Assembly (NCBI GenBank): GCA_051747965.1
Contig: JBNJGS010000003.1
Span: forward strand, 7,125-71,124
Source of the DNA: Bacteroidota bacterium
Lineage (GTDB): Bacteria > Bacteroidota > Bacteroidia > Bacteroidales > ML635J-15
Length of the DNA: 64,000 nucleotides
Direction of reading: 5' to 3'
Shown here: piece by piece, positions 60,261-64,000 of the stretch
Numbering within the stretch: position 1 is the first letter of the stretch
Layout: every line of letters starts with the position of its first letter
Position numbers and translations under genes: made by a program
Notes under the pieces: model-generated
Database searches by the model: none
The model's input: the letters and a program-made list of their open reading frames with translations, nothing else
Told to the model about the DNA's origin: nothing

Positions 60261-61505
60261 ATGAATATACAGACGATAAAACAACGTTTTGGTATCATCG
60301 GAAACTCTCCGGAGCTAAATCGTGCCATCGATTTAGCCTACCAGGTTGCATCCACGGATTTGTCGGTGATGGTAACCGGAGAAAGCGGAGTTGGCAAAGA
60401 AAACATTCCCCGGATAATTCATCAGTACAGTAGCCGTAAACACGGAGAATTTGTTGCTGTTAACTGTGGTGCCATACCTGAAGGGACAATAGACAGCGAG
60501 TTATTTGGCCATGAAAAAGGCTCATTTACAGGAGCAACTGACAGTCGCAAAGGTTATTTTGAAGAAGCAAACAAGGGCACCATTTTTCTTGATGAAGTAG
60601 CAGAGCTCCCCCTATCCACACAGGTACGCCTGCTTCGTGTGCTGGAATCAGGAGAATACATCAGGGTTGGTTCATCAAAGGTGCAAAAAACGGATGTGAG
60701 GGTAGTTGCCGCCACCAACGTGGACATTATCAAGGCCATCCGCAACAACAAATTCCGCGAAGATTTGTATTACAGGCTCAATACGGTCCCCATCAGCATC
60801 CCACCACTTCGCAACCGAAAAGAAGATATCTATTTATTATTCAGAAAATTTGCAGTTGATTTTGCTGAAAAATACAACATGCCTGCTCTGAAACTTGACA
60901 ACAATGCACGGGAGCTCCTGTTAAATTACCGTTGGCCGGGTAATGTAAGACAACTCAGAAACATTACCGAACAGATGTCAATCATTGAGAAAGAAAGGTT
61001 CATCAATGCCAACACACTGAAATCATACATTCCCGAAGTTGAAAATTCAAGTCTGCCGGCTGTTGTTGAAAAAGGGAAAGACAAAGACTTTAATTCAGAG
61101 CGGGAAATTCTTTATCAGATTTTGTTTGACATGAAAAGCGACATGAATGATTTAAAAAAGATTGTTCACGAGCTGATGCGCGATAACCCTGACACAATCC
61201 GCAGAACAGAAGCAGAGAACAGCGGAATATTGAGCAAATTATACAACGAAGAAGAAGTATACCATATCAACAAACCGGAACCACCAAAAGAAACAGAGAA
61301 AGGTTTCAAAGAAGACGAAGAAAATATTGAAGACACAGAAGAATTTGTGGAGGAAAATTTAAGTCTGGCCGATATGGAAAAACAAATGATTGAAAAAGCG
61401 CTTGAAAAACACCGGGGCAAACGCAAAATTGCAGCCGAAGAACTCGGAATCAGCGAACGTACTCTGTACAGAAAAATCAAAGAATACAATATTGATTCCC
61501 GATGA
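60261..61505 (+). CDS. Sigma54-interaction-domain Fis-family regulator lacking an N-terminal sensor domain
   Basis: [57 protein letters not shown]. Confidence 0.93.
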   Translation: MNIQTIKQRFGIIGNSPELNRAIDLAYQVASTDLSVMVTGESGVGKENIPRIIHQYSSRKHGEFVAVNCGAIPEGTIDSELFGHEKGSFTGATDSRKGYFEEANKGTIFLDEVAELPLSTQVRLLRVLESGEYIRVGSSKVQKTDVRVVAATNVDIIKAIRNNKFREDLYYRLNTVPISIPPLRNRKEDIYLLFRKFAVDFAEKYNMPALKLDNNARELLLNYRWPGNVRQLRNITEQMSIIEKERFINANTLKSYIPEVENSSLPAVVEKGKDKDFNSEREILYQILFDMKSDMNDLKKIVHELMRDNPDTIRRTEAENSGILSKLYNEEEVYHINKPEPPKETEKGFKEDEENIEDTEEFVEENLSLADMEKQMIEKALEKHRGKRKIAAEELGISERTLYRKIKEYNIDSR

Positions 61506-62014
61506 AACTTTTCAGATTACATACCGTATATTTGTTTTTGCTGATTTTTGTAACATCATCATGCATTTCAGGAGGATATTCCTTTACCGGAGCAAGCATA
61601 GGTGAAGCAGAAACCATACGTGTTCACTATTTTCCCAACCGTGCAGATGTTGTTAACCCGGGATTAAGCAATATATTTACGGAGGCACTGAAGGACAAAT
61701 TTGTTCAGCAAACTGATCTGAACCTGACAAACACCAATGCCGACATGGAATTTGAAGGGGAGATTACAAGTTACAGAATCTCACCAAGGGCAATACAGGG
61801 CAATGAGACAGCCGCTTTAAGCCGGCTGACTGTCACAGTAAAGGTGAAATTTATCAACAGGACAGATGAGTCTCTCAATTTTGAATCAACATTTTCGGCA
61901 TATTCTGATTATCAAAGCTCAAAAAGCCTGAATAGTGTTGAAGCAGAACTGACTGATGAGATTGTGGAAAAACTGACCGAGGACATTTTCAATAAAGCAG
62001 TGGTAAACTGGTAA
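61502..62014 (+). CDS. lptE: LPS assembly lipoprotein LptE-like
   Basis: Lipobox [28 protein letters not shown]; regulator-lptE-TPR-secG synteny typical of Bacteroidota. Confidence 0.8.
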   Translation: MKLFRLHTVYLFLLIFVTSSCISGGYSFTGASIGEAETIRVHYFPNRADVVNPGLSNIFTEALKDKFVQQTDLNLTNTNADMEFEGEITSYRISPRAIQGNETAALSRLTVTVKVKFINRTDESLNFESTFSAYSDYQSSKSLNSVEAELTDEIVEKLTEDIFNKAVVNW

Positions 62015-62021
62015 TTAAACT

Positions 62022-63023
62022 ATGGAAAAGCAGTTACTCAAAACATACCTGAAAGATCAGAGCAGACTGGACAAATCCAGCCTGAAAGAACTTGAGGAGC
62101 TGACAAAAGAGTTTCCCTATTTTCAGACGGCCTGGCTCCTGCTTGCCAAAAATCTGAAAAACCTGGATGATCACCGCTTCGAAAATATGCTCGTTCTTGC
62201 TGCCAGTTATGCTCCCAGCCGAAGTCGTCTGTTCCAGCTTGTAATGAAGGAGGAATCCCCGGTAGCAAAAAAACAATCCGACACAGAAAAGCCCGCTGTA
62301 CCGGAAGAAAAAGGTTCCCCGCCAAAACCAGTAGCAAAAACAGATAAACCTGCAGATCAGACCAAAGCGAAAACACCTCCCAAACCGGAAATAAAAAAGG
62401 AAGCTAAAACAGAAACAAGATATGAAGAGCCAAAAACTGCGGCAAAGGAAAAAACAAAGAAGCAACAAACTCAGGATACACAAGAGGCAAGCCCAAATGA
62501 TTTAAATGACATTCTTCAGCAACGCCTCGAAGAACTAAAAAAAAAAATAAGCCATAAGGGGGAAAAAGCATCGGCAGAAACAGTTGAGCTCAAAGCAGAC
62601 CACTTCTTCTCCCGTCCTCTGGACACACAGGATCACCGGGACAACAAAAAATACGCGCTTAATAAGCTTGAGCATAACAGGGAGAAAAATCGCAAAGACC
62701 CTGATGTTCCTTCAGAAAAAGGAATGCCGAAGACAAAAAAACAAAAGTTGCTGGATAAATTTATAGCCTCCGAAAATGAAATCAGCAACCAAAGGTTAAA
62801 ACCATCTGAAAATGCAGCAGAACAGCCCAGAGTAAACAAGCCATATGATGACTCTACAGAGCTTGTGAGCGAAACCCTCGCCAAAATTTACATCAAACAG
62901 GGACATTATGAAAAAGCTCTGAGCGCTTACAAGAAATTAAGTTTGAAATATCCGCAAAAAAATATTTACTTTGCAACTCAAATTGAAAAGATTAAACAAA
63001 TAATACAATCTAAAGACAACTAG
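62022..63023 (+). CDS. Conserved TPR-containing hypothetical protein with disordered middle
   Basis: FPYFQ N-terminus; C-terminal [28 protein letters not shown]. Confidence 0.85.
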   Translation: MEKQLLKTYLKDQSRLDKSSLKELEELTKEFPYFQTAWLLLAKNLKNLDDHRFENMLVLAASYAPSRSRLFQLVMKEESPVAKKQSDTEKPAVPEEKGSPPKPVAKTDKPADQTKAKTPPKPEIKKEAKTETRYEEPKTAAKEKTKKQQTQDTQEASPNDLNDILQQRLEELKKKISHKGEKASAETVELKADHFFSRPLDTQDHRDNKKYALNKLEHNREKNRKDPDVPSEKGMPKTKKQKLLDKFIASENEISNQRLKPSENAAEQPRVNKPYDDSTELVSETLAKIYIKQGHYEKALSAYKKLSLKYPQKNIYFATQIEKIKQIIQSKDN

Positions 63024-63025
63024 CA

Positions 63026-63373
63026 ATGTACGTATTCTTGACAATTTTACTAATGATAGTGTGTGTCCTTCTGATTCTGATCGTATTGGTTCAGAATCCT
63101 AAAGGCGGAGGCTTATCTTCAGCTTTCGGGCAGGGTAACCAGGTAATGGGTGTAAGAAAAACCACCGACTTTCTTGAAAAAGCTACCTGGACACTCGCCA
63201 TAGCAGTGATGGTTTTGAGTTTATTTGCCAGTTTCTCCATTCCGAGACCTGAAAATGAAGATGATCAAGATCAAACACAAACCGAGCAGACTCAACCTGC
63301 ACAGGAGCAGCCTGCACAGGAGCAGCCTGCACAGGAACTGCCTGAAGAAAACACACCTCAACCAGCAAACTAA
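63026..63373 (+). CDS. secG: Preprotein translocase subunit SecG
   Basis: VLVQNPKGGGLSS.FG, TTDFLEKATW, two TM helices. Confidence 0.95.
   Translation: MYVFLTILLMIVCVLLILIVLVQNPKGGGLSSAFGQGNQVMGVRKTTDFLEKATWTLAIAVMVLSLFASFSIPRPENEDDQDQTQTEQTQPAQEQPAQEQPAQELPEENTPQPAN
63293..63337 (+). repeat. 15-bp tandem repeat x3 (QPAQE) in the secG tail
   Basis: CAACCTGCACAGGAG CAGCCTGCACAGGAG CAGCCTGCACAGGAA. Confidence 0.9.
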
Positions 63374-63392
63374 GGCATTCATACAGGTGAAG

Positions 63393-63423
63393 AAAGCCTT
63401 TCCCTCACCGGAAAGGTTTTTTT
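63393..63423 (+). terminator. Intrinsic terminator after secG
   Basis: AAAGCCTTTCC-N6-GGAAAGGTTT plus T tract. Confidence 0.75.
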
Positions 63424-63492
63424 ATACCTGCGTATCAATGAGGCCTGTGCCAGTGAAAAACAAATTCATTAGTTTTGCTTTTTTGAAAAATT

Positions 63493-64000
63493 ATGTCGAA
63501 AACTGTAGTTATAACAGGTGCATCAGGGGGAATTGGACATGCCCTCTCACTTGAGTACGCCCGTCCCGGCACAAAGCTGATTCTATGTGATCTCAATGCT
63601 GAGCAACTAAATAATACAGCAAGTATGTGCAAAAAAACAGCAGACCAGGTAGACACTTTCAGTTTTGATTTAAGCAAAGCTGAAGCAGTCAGTATAGCTG
63701 CAGAAAAAATTCTGTCTGCCTGTGACATCATTGACAGACTAATCCTGGTGGGCGGTGTTTCACAACGGGGTTCTGCCCTGAAAACCAGTCTGGAAACTGA
63801 TCGTAAGATAATGGAAATCAATTATTTCGGCCACATTAATCTGACAAAAACACTATTGCCTGCCATGTTGAAATCAGAGGATCCTCATATTGGAGTAACA
63901 TCCAGCATTTCCGGCCGTTTTGGATTCCATTTGCGATCTGCCTACGCTGCTTCCAAATTTGCATTGCACGGTTTCTTTGAGTCACTCAGACTGGAACATC
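63493..64000 (+). CDS. SDR oxidoreductase (DHRS7-like), 3'-truncated by window edge; absent from the ORF track
   Basis: Manual translation MSKTVVITGASGGIG...SQRG...MEINYFG...SSISG...RSAYAASKFALHGFFESLRLE; TAGTTTTG -7 box at 63470-63477. Confidence 0.92.
   Translation, partial: MSKTVVITGASGGIGHALSLEYARPGTKLILCDLNAEQLNNTASMCKKTADQVDTFSFDLSKAEAVSIAAEKILSACDIIDRLILVGGVSQRGSALKTSLETDRKIMEINYFGHINLTKTLLPAMLKSEDPHIGVTSSISGRFGFHLRSAYAASKFALHGFFESLRLEH

Overview
A 64-kb, gene-dense chromosomal segment from a Bacteroidota bacterium, probably Bacteroidales-like. The assignment rests on repeated TAnnTTTG -7 promoter boxes, A-rich ribosome-binding regions without Shine-Dalgarno sequences, a T9SS type-B C-terminal domain and a GldB homolog. 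Most of the ~49 CDS are housekeeping or envelope genes: ileS-dksA-lspA, gyrB, ftsE-like, murB, prs-rplY-pth-psd, yihA, nadE, rsmA-mgtE, recQ, kdsD and lptE-secG. I saw no rRNA, tRNA, CRISPR array, transposase, integrase or phage gene. The main anomaly is at 683-4394, where three phosphoglycerate-kinase domains lie in a row. A 794-aa protein is an in-frame tandem of two diverged PGK domains that share non-canonical motif substitutions. It is followed by a highly divergent third PGK, with no gap or tpi in the window. Other highlights are a 5S-rRNA loop-E-like hairpin in the rplY (bL25) leader (candidate autoregulatory RNA), a GIHH-type IleRS2, an ECF-like AAC-N17-CGTC promoter motif upstream of both the ECF sigma gene and a large SprB/PKD T9SS adhesin operon, and a CAP+OmpA-like protein next to a CGHC thiol oxidoreductase. 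All annotations are by-eye motif recognition; no database searches were run.
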